DNA of 64,000 nucleotides from an uncultured Phycisphaerales bacterium (GCA_963844715.1 CAWJPJ010000007.1:448001-512000), one strand, 5' to 3'. Counted from the first letter of the stretch, positions 22,632 through 32,728 are shown. The notes: generated from the letters alone by a model not told the origin. Numbers and translations are program-made.

Positions 22632-23402
22632 CAGGCTTGTTCCTTTTCGGAGGCGTGCCAATGGCGGAGGAGGAGTCTACCGGCGAGATTGACGGCGGCA
22701 AACATCGCCAGACCGAGGAGGGACGCCATGAGCACGTAGGCGAACATGGCGTCGGTTTTGCCCAATTTTTTCGCCGAGATGATGCGAACGCCGAGCCCCT
22801 CGGCGGTTCCCAGCAGCCCGACGAGAAATTCGCCGACGACCGTTCCGATGACCGCCAGCCCGGCCGCGACTCGAAGGCCGGTGATGATGTTGGGCGTCGC
22901 CGAGGGAAATCGCAGCTTCCAAAGGCGGTCGAAGTCCGAGGCGCCGTTGAGGCGAAATAAATCTTCCAGAGCGGGATCGACGGAGAGCAGCCCGGCCAAG
23001 GTGTTGGCGATGACCGGGAAAACGGAGACGACCAGGGCACTGATCGCCACGGCGGGAAGGCCTGGGCCGCACCAGATCATCAGCAGCGGGGCGATGGCGA
23101 CGATGGGGACGGTCTGGAAAAAGACGGCGTAGGGGTAAAACGCCCGCCGAACCAGAGACGAACCGGCTAGCGCGATAGCCAGGGCAATTCCGAGGAAAGC
23201 GGCGGCGAAGAAGCCGATCAGCGCCGCCTCGGCGGTGGTTTCCAGGGCGGTCGAGCAAATCCCGGGGATTTGAATACATGAATTCGATGACCGCCGTCGG
23301 GGTGGGAAGCAAGAATCTGGGCACGTGAAACGCGCGGATGAGAACTTCGGCGATTGCCATCGCGGCGAGAAAAACGACAACGGGAGGCCAGATGCGTCTC
23401 AC
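22631..23402 (-). CDS. ABC transporter permease (NitT/TauT family), frameshifted
   Basis: FQTVPIVAIAPL, GLRVAAGLAVIGTVVGEF and GLG motifs. Confidence 0.8.
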
Positions 23403-24166
23403 GCGCCTCCCCGGCGGAGGGCGTCGTAAATCAATCGGGCGGCGGCGGCAAATTCGGGAGTGGTGCGGATGGAATGGTCGCGCCGGGCGGACAGATCGAT
23501 GCGCAAATCGTCGACAATCTGGGCGGGACGGCGGGTGAGGACGACCGCGCGATCGGCGAGGAAAGTCGCCTCGGCGGTGGAGTGGGTGACGAATAAAATG
23601 GTCATGCGGTGCGCGAGCCACAGAGTACGGAGTTGCTCGTCGAGCTTTTGGCGGGTGATTTCGTCGAGGGCGGCGAAGGGCTCGTCGAGAAGAAGCAATT
23701 TGGGCTGAGCGACCAGGGCGCGGGCGAGGGAGACGCGCATTTTCATGCCGCCGGAGAGTTGGGCGGGGTATCTGCGGAGGGCGTCGGATAGATCGACCTT
23801 GTCGAGAGCTTCGGCTGCGGCGTCGAGGCGTTCGGATTTTGCGATGCCTCGGAGTTCCAGGGGGAGGGCGACGTTGCGCAGGACGTTCCGCCAGGGGAGG
23901 AGATGAGCGTCCTGGAAAACAAAGGCGATGGAGCGGCGGTCGAAATGTTCGCCGCGATCGACGGAGCCGGAGGTGGGGCGGTCGAGGCCGGCGACGATTC
24001 GTAACAGCGTGGACTTTCCGCAGCCTGATGGGCCGAGGATGGCGACGAATTCGCCGGGGGGGATGTCGAGTGTGATGCCGGCGAGCGCGGGGACGGTTCC
24101 GTCGAAGGTTCGCCGCAGGTCGCGGATGCGGACGGGGCTGGCGGCTGGCGCGGCTTGGCTGGGCAT
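23399..24166 (-). CDS. ABC transporter ATP-binding protein (NitT/TauT family)
   Basis: GPSGCGKST, LSGGMKMR, LLLDEPFAALD and FVTH motifs. Confidence 0.9.
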   Translation of the reverse strand: MPSQAAPAASPVRIRDLRRTFDGTVPALAGITLDIPPGEFVAILGPSGCGKSTLLRIVAGLDRPTSGSVDRGEHFDRRSIAFVFQDAHLLPWRNVLRNVALPLELRGIAKSERLDAAAEALDKVDLSDALRRYPAQLSGGMKMRVSLARALVAQPKLLLLDEPFAALDEITRQKLDEQLRTLWLAHRMTILFVTHSTAEATFLADRAVVLTRRPAQIVDDLRIDLSARRDHSIRTTPEFAAAARLIYDALRRGGA

Positions 24167-24201
24167 CTTCAAGGACCTAACATAAGCCGGAGAGTCACCG
24201 C

Positions 24202-26952
24202 GTGTCCAAAACGTTTTATATCATCGACGGTCATGCCCAGATTTACCGGGCCTATTTCGCGCCGTTTCGTGACTTATCGACGGCATCGGGGGAGCCGACG
24301 AAGGCGACCTACGTTTTCACGCAATGGCTGATGAATCTGGCCGAGACGCGAAAGCCGGATTATCTTGCCATGGCGATTGATTCGGGGGATGGGGCGGTAT
24401 TTCGGCGCAAGATATTCAAGGATTACAAGCAGAACCGGACGCCCCCGCCGGATGATTTTTTCCCGCAGGAGCGGCGGATTTTGCAGATCGTGGGGGACCT
24501 GGGGATTCCGATTTTTGCGCAGGTTGGATTCGAGGCGGACGATCTGATCGCCACGATGGTGAAGCGCCTGGCCGACGAGGACGTGGAGATTGCGCTGATC
24601 TCCAAGGACAAGGACCTGCGGCAGCTCATCGGGCCGCGGGTGCGGATGTACGATTTGCAGACGGACGCGTTTATCGACGCCAAGGCGATGCGCGAGAAAT
24701 GCGGGTTTGGCCCGGAACAATCGATCGAAGTGCAGACGCTGATGGGGGACGCGATCGATAACGTGCAGGGAATTCCCGGGGTCGGAGAAAAGACGGCGGC
24801 GAAGCTGATTTCGACTTATGGAACGGTCGAGAATCTGCTGCAGCATACGGCAGATTTGACGCCCAAGCTGAAGGAGAATCTGGAAACGTACGCCGATCGA
24901 TTGCCGATTTCGCGGCAACTGGTGACGCTGAAGAACGACGTGGAGATGGATTTCGATGCGGAAAAATGCGCGTTTCGCGGATTGAATGCGGCGGCGCTGC
25001 GGCCGCATTTGGAGCAGCTTGGATTTACGAGCCTGGTGAAGCGCTGGGGACGGCCGGAGTTCAGGCGGCGCCTGCGCCGGAGCAGGGTTTATTCGGGAAG
25101 ATGGACGAGGCGGCGCCGGCGGCGACGATTCACACTTCGCAGGATTGCGACTATCGGCTGGTGGATACGCCGGAGAAATTCAAATCCTTTCTGGCGGAGC
25201 TTAAGAAGCAGAAGCGGTTTGCGTTTGACACCGAGACCAATGCGCTGGGGGCGATGGCGTCGGATTTGATTGGGATGAGTTTTTCGTGGAAGCATGGGAC
25301 GGGATGGTACGTGCCGGTGCGCGGGCCGACGGGGTCGTCGCATTTGAGTCCAGAGGATGCGATTAAGGGGCTGCGGCCGATTCTGGAAGACGCGGGGGTG
25401 AAAAAAGTCGGGCACAATCTGAAATATGATCTTCTGGTGATGCGCGAGGCGGGGGTGAATGTGCGCGGGGTGGAACTGGACAGCATGATCGGGGCGTTTT
25501 TGCTCGACCCGAGCCGCATGCAATATGGGATTGACCGGCTGGCTTTGGAGTTTCTCAATTTTAGAAAAATACCCACGAGCGAATTGATCGGGTCGGGGAA
25601 ATCGCAGATTTCGATGGAGACGGTGGATTTGGCGAAAGTCGCGACGTACGCCGCGGAAGATGCGGATATTGCGATGCGATTGGCGGATTTGCTTTTGGAA
25701 AAGCTCAACGCGATTCCGACTTTGAAGAAGCTATGCGATGAACTGGAGACGCCGCTGATCGATGTGCTGGTGGAGATGGAAGGGAACGGGGTCGCGATCG
25801 ATCCTGCGATTTTGAAGGAACAAAGCGCGGTATTGGCGAGCGCGGATCGAGGAGCTGCGCGCGAAGATCATCGAGACGGCGGGGGCGGAATTCAATCCGG
25901 ATTCGCCGAAGCAACTTCAGGAGATTTTGTTCAATCGGCTGGGGCTACCGATCATTAAGCGGACCAAGACGGGGGCGAGCACGGATGTGGAGGTACTGGA
26001 GAAGCTGGCGGACAAGCACGCGACGCCGCGATTGATTTTGGAATATCGCGGGCTGTGCAAGCTGAAGAATACCTATCTGGATAATCTGACCGATTTTGTG
26101 AACGCGCGCACGGGGCGGATTCATGCCAGTTTCAACCAGATTGGGGCGGCGACGGGGCGACTGAGCTGTAGCGATCCGAATTTGCAGAACATCCCGATCC
26201 GCACGGATGAGGGGCGGCGGATTCGGCTCGCGTTTGTGCCGGGGGACCGGGAAAAGAACGTGCTGCTGACGGCGGATTACAGCCAGATCGAGCTGCGCAT
26301 CCTGGCGCATTTCACGCAGGAGCCGGCGCTGCTGGCGGCGTTCGCGGCGGATGAGGACATTCACCGGGCGGTAGCGGCGGAAGTGTTCGGCGTGGCGCTG
26401 GAAAAGGTCACGCGCGAGCAACGCGGGCAGGCGAAGACGATCAACTTCGGCATCATTTATGGCGTCACAGCGTATGGATTGGCGCGGCGGATCGAACAAC
26501 TCAGCGTTCAGTCGGCGCAGGAATTGATCAACGCTTATAACAAGCGATTTCCGTCCATTCAGAAATTTCTGGATCAGTGCGTGATGGAGGCGCAGTCGCA
26601 GGGGTACGTCGAGACGATACTGGGGCGGCGGCGGCCGATTCCGGAGATCAATGCGCATGTCGTCTCGGTGCGGAACGCGGGGGAGCGGATGGCGATTAAC
26701 AGCGTGGTGCAGGGGTCGGCGGCGGATTTGATCAAGGCGTCGATGAATCGAATTTATCGGCGATTGAAGGAAGAGAAGCGGCCTAGCCGGCTTTTGATGC
26801 AGGTGCATGATGAATTGGTTTTCGAGACACCGGCGGGGGCGGTGGAGGAAGAGGCGGAGATGGTGCGGGGGGAGATGACGAGTGCGCTGAAATTGTCGGT
26901 GCCGCTGAAGGTGGATATTGGGTGGGGGAAGAATTGGCAGGAAGTGAAATGA
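24202..26952 (+). CDS. polA: DNA polymerase I (2 apparent frameshifts)
   Basis: 5'-3' exonuclease (IDGHAQIYRAY, EADDLIAT, PGVGEKTA), 3'-5' exonuclease (FDTET) and polymerase (TGRLSCSDPNLQNIP, DYSQIELR, KTINFGIIYG, QVHDELVFE). Confidence 0.97.
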
Positions 26953-27174
26953 GTCGGCCTCCGCTTGGAAATATTTTTATGCGCTGGCTCAAATTCTCGG
27001 GGGACGTAGGAGGACGCGCCGACAAAACTTGACACTTTTGTGGCGATTGTGAGTTTGGGTTAAATGGGAATTGCAGGGGGGGATGACTTCTTTCCATTTC
27101 ATTTGTCGTTCTTGTCTGGGATGGTGCCTTTCAAATTGGGTGCGGGTCGGCGCTCTTTTTAGATGCAAATGCAA

Positions 27175-27231
27175 TGCGGGAGGGCGGGAAAACCATATAA
27201 GGCCCTCAAAAGTTTTTCCCGCCCTCCCGCA
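27175..27231. repeat. Perfect 18-bp inverted repeat with a 21-nt AT-rich loop
   Basis: TGCGGGAGGGCGGGAAAA (27175-27192) and TTTTCCCGCCCTCCCGCA (27214-27231). Confidence 0.85.
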
Positions 27232-27461
27232 CCCTCCCACCTTTTCCTTTTCCCCTCAACCGTCGCAATACGGCGACAAATAAAAATAAAAAAAGTTTCG
27301 GTCGCGTAAGTAAGTTTTCGGGCGGGAGATACGCGGGGCGCGGAAATTCTTGGTTGTTGAAAAGGGGGCGAAACCTTCAGGTGGGGGAACCCTATACAGC
27401 GGGCATTGGTTTTTTTCACACGGCGTGACGTCGCCCGTGCGCCCAATTATTGAGGTGAAAT

Positions 27462-28052
27462 ATGAGCGGACAAATTGTTTCAGAGGGCCAGATTCGGCAG
27501 GAAAACGAGTTGAATCGGGTGATGGAGGGGTTGGATGTCGGGCAGTCGATCGCGCTTCAAATCTTGATGAGTGGAGGGACGGTCACGGCGGCGGCGGCGG
27601 GGGCGGATGTTTCTCGGCAGGCGATCTATCTGTGGCTGGCCGCGGGGCATCCGTTCCGGGTGGCGCTGGACCTTTGGAAACGAGACCTGGCTCAGTGCGC
27701 GCGGACGCGACTGGTGATGATGACGGACCTGGCGACGAGCAATGTCGCGCTGGCGCTGAAACGCGGGGATACGCGGACGGCGCTGACCCTGCTGGAGAAA
27801 TTGGGGGTGCTGGCGCTGACGCCGGTGGGGGATGCGGTAGAGGAGGTGCGGCGTGAGCGGGTGGAGACGAAGGGGGGGATGGAAAGGGCGGATGGGGACA
27901 GTACGGCGGAATCGCTTGCGGAGGTGGGATTGTGGAACGAGGAATTCGGGGCGGCGCGGATGGCGCGGGATTCGGCTGAAGGGGAAGGATCGGTAGCGAG
28001 GTGTGAAGGTGTGAAAGTGCGAAAGTGTGAAGAGTCGACCGGTGAAAAGTGA
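27462..28052 (+). CDS. Helix-turn-helix hypothetical protein
   Basis: GAGG RBS; TVTAAAAGADVSRQAIYLW is an HTH-like motif. Confidence 0.55.
   Translation: MSGQIVSEGQIRQENELNRVMEGLDVGQSIALQILMSGGTVTAAAAGADVSRQAIYLWLAAGHPFRVALDLWKRDLAQCARTRLVMMTDLATSNVALALKRGDTRTALTLLEKLGVLALTPVGDAVEEVRRERVETKGGMERADGDSTAESLAEVGLWNEEFGAARMARDSAEGEGSVARCEGVKVRKCEESTGEK
28001..28032. repeat. Short tandem 8-mer array (GTGTGAAG-like, 4 units)
   Basis: gtgtgaag gtgtgaaa gtgcgaaa gtgtgaag. Confidence 0.7.
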
Positions 28053-28320
28053 CGTCGCAGGGACATTCGAGGGGTTGCACTTCTATCGGGGTCGGCGGGG
28101 GACGAGGAGATTCGAGTCGCTTGCGGGGTAGGCGTGGAGGAGGGGGATTCTGTGGCTGTGGTTGAGCCGGAAATTGGGGGAGGCTGGGTTGCGAGGCGGG
28201 GCGTGAGCGATTCTTGGGAATCGTTCATGTGCCGGTTTTTGTTTGTCGACGGGAAGGAGCTGGGTGCCGTTTAATCTCTGCGTTCAGCTGCCGTCGAATG
28301 GTTCAACGTGCCAATTTCCG

Positions 28321-28991
28321 TCAACAAGAACGTAAATTCGCGATACTGGAATTTCGGTTTGTTGGCGGAACAGACCCGCGAAGTCGCCTGGCAATATCCT
28401 TGCTGAGCCAGCCGACGAGACACCACGTCTGCTCACGAGCGCAATCGGTAAACACAATTTGCAGTTCTCCCCAGTACCGCTCGCCTCGATAGCTTAGCGT
28501 TTGAGGTGAGAAGCCGCGTGGATCCGTCGATACAAATTGCAGGCGTACCACGTCGGCAAATGGGATACGCTTATTCGCCCGCGGAAGATAAATGAACCTT
28601 TTGCAGCGATCCACTTCGACCCAAAGCGCCAGCAATCGACGACGAGCGCTCAAGAGCCCGGGAATGATCAATAATCCCATTATCAATAACCCCCAAACCG
28701 CAATCCGTACTACCGACGCTGTCAAAGTTGAATGTGCCTCGCTTGATCTCGTGGTAAATGCGATGGCGGAAATACAGCCAAGCGAAACGATGCAGATTCC
28801 AATGAACCGCACAAATAAGGGGCCCGGCTCAAGGCGGAGGAGGTCACCGCTTACCGTAATAGTGCCGGATTCCAGAACCCAGCACGATCAGATGGATAGG
28901 CGTATTCTCGATAGCCGCTGCTGCCAATGCGGAGCTGGGGGTCTGCATAAGGAATCTTGGGGACTTTCGATAACTCGCTGTCCTCTGCCAT
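28321..28991 (-). CDS. Hypothetical membrane protein of lower GC content, frameshifted
   Basis: Two hydrophobic helices in ORF 28321..28812; TATAGT lies 7 nt upstream of ATG 28991. Confidence 0.45.
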
Positions 28992-29027
28992 AGAAACGAC
29001 TATATCCTCAGTAGGCTTGAAACGGGC

Positions 29028-29127
29028 GATTAAACAGGGACGCATCTAGTTGTTGACGATCGGCGTGTTCGGCGAGAGATTAAACCGGGACGCAGCTAGT
29101 TGTTGACGATCGGCGTATTCGGCGATA
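29028..29127 (+). repeat. Tandem 50-bp duplication forming the left REP-like end of the RAYT element
   Basis: gattaaacagggacgcatctagttgttgacgatcggcgtgttcggcgaga followed by gattaaaccgggacgcagctagttgttgacgatcggcgtattcggcgata. Confidence 0.9.
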
Positions 29128-29131
29128 GGGT
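29103..29131 (+). promoter_or_regulatory. Sigma70-type promoter for a leaderless RAYT transcript
   Basis: TTGACG, 17-nt spacer, TAGGGT, then 7 nt to ATG 29139. Confidence 0.55.
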
Positions 29132-29138
29132 GGCGGCG

Positions 29139-29828
29139 ATGCCGCGTGGGAATCGGATTACGCCTGGGGGGTGGGTATATCACGTTCTGAATCGTTCAGC
29201 GGGGCGGATCGATTTGTTTGGGCGTGAGGCGGATTTCGCGGCGTTTGAGCGGGTGTTGATTGAGGCGCAGCAACGCCATCCACTGCGTCTGTTGAGTTAT
29301 TGTGTGATGTCGAATCACTGGCACTTCGTGGTTTGGCCGCAAACGGATCGGCAGGTGACGGATTTCTTTCGCTGGCTGACGCAGACGCACGCGATGCGCT
29401 GGCGGGTGTCGCACCGGACCGTGGGGTACGGCCATGTTTATCAAGGCCGATTTAAGAGCTTTCCCGTGCAGCAGGATTTTTACCTGCTGACGCTTTGCCG
29501 GTATGTGGAGCGCAATGCGCTGGCGGCTGGTCTGGTGGATCGGGCGGAGAAGTGGCGATGGTCCAGTCTCTGGACGCGTCTGAACGGCGACGAGAAGCAA
29601 AAGGCTTTGTTGTCGACGTGGCCGCTGGAGCCGCCGCGGAATTGGATCGAACTGGTGAATCGTCTGCTGGGGGAAAGCGACGTTAAGTCGGTTGAGGCGA
29701 GCCTTGAGCGCGACCGCCCGCTGGGCACGGTTGCGTGGATCGGCGCAGTGCGCGAAAGCTCGGGCTGGAACACACAACTCGGCGTGAGGGCCGACCAAAT
29801 AAGCGGCCGACCCGTACGCGATAACTAG
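29139..29828 (+). CDS. REP-associated tyrosine transposase (RAYT, Y1/HUH, IS200-like)
   Basis: YHVLNR, YCVMSNHWH (HUH), YQGRFKS, RYVERN (catalytic Tyr) and WRWSS. Confidence 0.9.
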   Translation: MPRGNRITPGGWVYHVLNRSAGRIDLFGREADFAAFERVLIEAQQRHPLRLLSYCVMSNHWHFVVWPQTDRQVTDFFRWLTQTHAMRWRVSHRTVGYGHVYQGRFKSFPVQQDFYLLTLCRYVERNALAAGLVDRAEKWRWSSLWTRLNGDEKQKALLSTWPLEPPRNWIELVNRLLGESDVKSVEASLERDRPLGTVAWIGAVRESSGWNTQLGVRADQISGRPVRDN

Positions 29829-30663
29829 GGCCTGTCTGATGAATCCAAAATCCTGAAATAGCGACGGATCATGGCGAGCTTGGCCATGGCCTGAAAGTTC
29901 ACCGCCAGTTTCTCGTAACGCGTGCCCAGGCGGCGATTCTCCTTCATCCAATTCACGCAACGCTCCACCACGTTCCGTCGGCGATACGCCTTGCGATCAA
30001 AGTTCTCCTGCGGCGGCTGATTCGATTTCGCCGGGATCACCGCTTGGATTCGGTGGCGACGCAGCCATCGCCGCACATTTCCGTAACTGTATCCCTTGTC
30101 GCCCGCCAGCCTCCTGGGGCGACGACGGCGGCGACCGATGCGCATCGCGTTCATCACCGGCTCCACGTACCGGCTCTCGTGGCATTGGCCGGCGCTGGCC
30201 TCGACGGCGAGCGGAACTCCCTGGCCGTCAGTAACCAGGTGGAGCTTGCTGCCCCACCCGCCTCGGCTGCGGCCCAACGCGTGATCCGCCGGTTCTTCCG
30301 GGGCGGTTTTGATTTTCTGGCTCCGGCGGCGGATCGACTGGCTCGCACATTGGTGCCGTCGATGCACCACAGGTCCCAGTCGATTCGTCCTTGCTTGTCC
30401 AACCTCATCTGCAGCCGCTGGAGGATTCGATCAATCGTTCCGTCCTTTCTCCAGCGGTTGAAGCGGTCGTAGACGCTTTGCCATCTGCCGTAACGTTCGG
30501 GCATCTCGCGCCATTGAGCGCCCGAGTGCAGAATCCAGAACATGCCGTTGAGCGTGGTGCGGTGGTCGTTCCACTGCCCGCCGCGCTTGCCGTTGCCGGG
30601 CAGCAGATCGCCGATCAACTCGTACTGCTCATCCGTGAGCTCATAACGTCGCATCCGTGACAC
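29825..30663 (-). CDS. IS5-family transposase in two ORFs (ORF B in the -1 frame)
   Basis: ORF A: YELTDEQY...GAQWREMPERYG...IDGTNVRA. ORF B: LGRSRGG, AGDKGY, YRRRNVVER, TRYEK. The stop codon falls in the CTAG target. Confidence 0.9.
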
Positions 30664-30713
30664 CTCGTCTGAAAACCGCTATTTATAACCAAAAGCGATT
30701 CATCAGACAGGCC
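29829..30713 (-). mobile_element. IS5-family insertion sequence (IS427-like), 17-bp perfect TIRs, CTAG target duplication
   Basis: CTAG-GGCCTGTCTGATGAATC at the left end and GATTCATCAGACAGGCC-CTAG at the right end (alternatively a TA duplication with 18-bp TIRs). Confidence 0.92.
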
Positions 30714-30752
30714 CTAGCTGCGTCCCCGTTTATTTCTCCTCGTTTATTTCTC
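30714..30752 (-). repeat. Right REP-like end of the RAYT element (inverted relative to the left copies), interrupted by the IS5 element
   Basis: CTAGCTGCGTCCCCGTTTA is the near reverse complement of TAAACCGGGACGCAGCTAG; followed by a duplicated CGTTTATTTCTC. Confidence 0.8.
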
Positions 30753-30888
30753 GCCGCGGTTTCGTTCGCGATTTCCACTCCAGTGCATTCCAACTACCAA
30801 CGCCAAATCAGAACGATGGATTCGATTAGCTTTTAGGACATGAAATGGAGGCATCAAACAAGGGCCCGGTGCGTCACTGTTCAGTCAG

Positions 30889-32131
30889 CTACATCGCCAA
30901 GCCGGGGGCGGGGAGGTTGTTTGTCTGGGGCGGTTGCATCAGGGAGAGGTAGCTGTTGCGATAGGCGGCGTAGCTGATGTAGGCCATGAGGGGGGCGATG
31001 AAGCCGCCTACGATTGGGATGAGTTGCAAAAATATCATTGCGATAAACAGTGCGCGGATGGCCCATCTAAGGATGAATCGTTTGCCTAGGGGGAGGTATT
31101 GGGCGAAGGGGAGGACGAGTTCCATTCTGTAGTAGACGCTGGCGACGATCAGGCCGAGGATGGGGACCAGGCTCATGAGGAAGCTGACGCCTAGGACGAT
31201 GGGGAGGCGCTGGGCGATGTAGTCGGCGTAGGCGGTGGTGAATTGGGGCTCGGCGTAGTGCGATGTGCCGCAGGAATGACAGGGGTCGAAGGCTTTTCTG
31301 GGTGGGCGGCGGGTGGCACAGGTCGCGCATCTTCGTTTTTCAGTGAGTCTAAACGGGTGATGGGCGGGGTCGGGGGTGATGAAGTCTTTGGATTGGCCTA
31401 GGAAGCCTATGGCGTGGGGATTGGGGTTGGGTTCTCGGCAACGGGGGCAGGCGAGGGGCGCTGGGGTAGATCAGGGTTTGGCACTTGGGGCAGGGGAATT
31501 TGGTTTTCTCTTCCGTGATCTCCAATCGCTTTCTGAGTAGGTACAGGACGGCGGTTGCGATTGCGATCAAAAGCAACATCAGCAAGGGGAGGAGGATGAG
31601 GAGGAGCGAGCCGAAGGCGACCCAGGCGTCTTCGAGCCAACTGAGGAGATGATCGAGGTGGGTGCCTTCGATGTGATCGAAGACAGCCAGGGCGACTTCC
31701 TTGCGGGCGACGCTGAGGCGCCAGGTGAGGAAGCCGGAAATGAAGGGGGTGAGAATGTCGGCGAAGCCGGCTTGTTGGGCGGTGTGGGCGGCGAAGTTGG
31801 CATCGGAGGCCTGGATGACGCCGAAGCTGGTGAGGATGGCCAGAGCGGGTTTGAGATAGATATCGAATTCGTGGAGGAGGTTTCTGGCCTCGGGATTTTT
31901 TTGGGCGAGCATTTCCAGGATCGAGAGGATTCCTAGGGCGACGATGCAATAGTCGCTGGTAAACCAGGCGGGGTGGTTTTGCTGGAGATGGGCGAGCAGG
32001 CCTAGGTGATGGAGGACGGGAATCTGGGGGCCGAAGCGGAGGAGCAGGGCGGTGAGGAAGGCGGGGAGGAAGATGCGGGAGGAGAAGAGGCTGGCGTTGC
32101 CGATGGAATTGATGAGGGCGTTGGGGTTCAT
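30889..32131 (-). CDS. DUF4126-like membrane protein with Cys-pair zinc-ribbon segments, frameshifted
   Basis: SSRIFLPAFL...WFTS...LEMLAQK...LSWLED, then CPKC, CPRC, CATC and CHSC motifs and further TM helices. Confidence 0.6.
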
Positions 32132-32142
32132 GGGTGGGGAAG

Positions 32143-32184
32143 GTGTGAAGGTGTGAAGGTGTGAAGGGTGTGAAGAGTGTGAAG
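32143..32184. repeat. Tandem GTGTGAAG array (5 units) downstream of the four-helix-bundle gene
   Basis: gtgtgaag x3, g, gtgtgaag, a, gtgtgaag. Confidence 0.85.
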
Positions 32185-32204
32185 GGTTTAAGAAGGTGGT
32201 GGGA

Positions 32205-32678
32205 TTATGGGTCTGGGGGGCGATTTTTTTGGGGGTTCTTGTTTGCGAGTTGGGCGGGGGCCTGGTTGGATAGGCGGCGCGGCGCGCGAACTTCTCGCCG
32301 GGATATTGTGAGGCTTGGAGGTGGGCGATGGAGTTCGAGATCATGCCGCTTATGGAGCGGGAAAGTTCGCTGAGGCGCGCGTGGTCGGCCGAGGAAATAT
32401 ATTGCTGATCGGCGGCGATCTGTAGTTGGGCGCGGACTTCACCGCAGGAGCCCTTGACGATGAAGAGAAACTGTGCGAATTCGGTTGTTGAGCCGCGCTC
32501 GAATCCCTCGGCGATATTCGACATCACGGAGATTGCCCCGCGACGTATTTGATTGGCCAAGCCGAAATCCCTTTGAAACGGGCCGTCCTTGCAGAGAGCG
32601 TAGATCGCGTTGGTCAATTCGTGCGGCCCACTGGTAGATGTGCAACTCCTCGAAAGTTCTTGCGACTTTGCCTTTCAT
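32205..32678 (-). CDS. Four-helix-bundle protein (23S rRNA intervening-sequence protein family), frameshifted
   Basis: FEELHIYQ...DFGLANQIRRGAISVMSNIAEGFERG...FLFIVKGSCGEVRAQL. Confidence 0.85.
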
Positions 32679-32680
32679 GG

Positions 32681-32728
32681 TTCGGGCCTTCGCACTTTCA
32701 TACCTTCGGACCTTCACACCTTCACACC
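32681..32728. repeat. Degenerate tandem TTCACACC array (6 units), inverted relative to 32143-32184
   Basis: ttcgggcc ttcgcact ttcatacc ttcggacc ttcacacc ttcacacc. Confidence 0.8.

Noticed and set aside
27692..28228. Ser/Thr/Pro-rich minus-strand ORF
   Set aside because: Low complexity, overlaps the better-supported HTH gene and has no motif support.
29028..29127. CRISPR array
   Set aside because: Only two adjacent 50-bp copies, with no unique spacers and no cas genes.
31349..32617. Apparent four-helix-bundle/DUF4126 fusion ORF of 422 aa
   Set aside because: The linker is the translated 8-mer array. A neighbouring frame gives a plausible stop at 32205, so the read-through is probably due to an indel.
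32205..32678. Diversity-generating retroelement (Avd-like gene)
   Set aside because: No reverse transcriptase and no TR/VR pair with adenine-specific mismatches was seen in the window.
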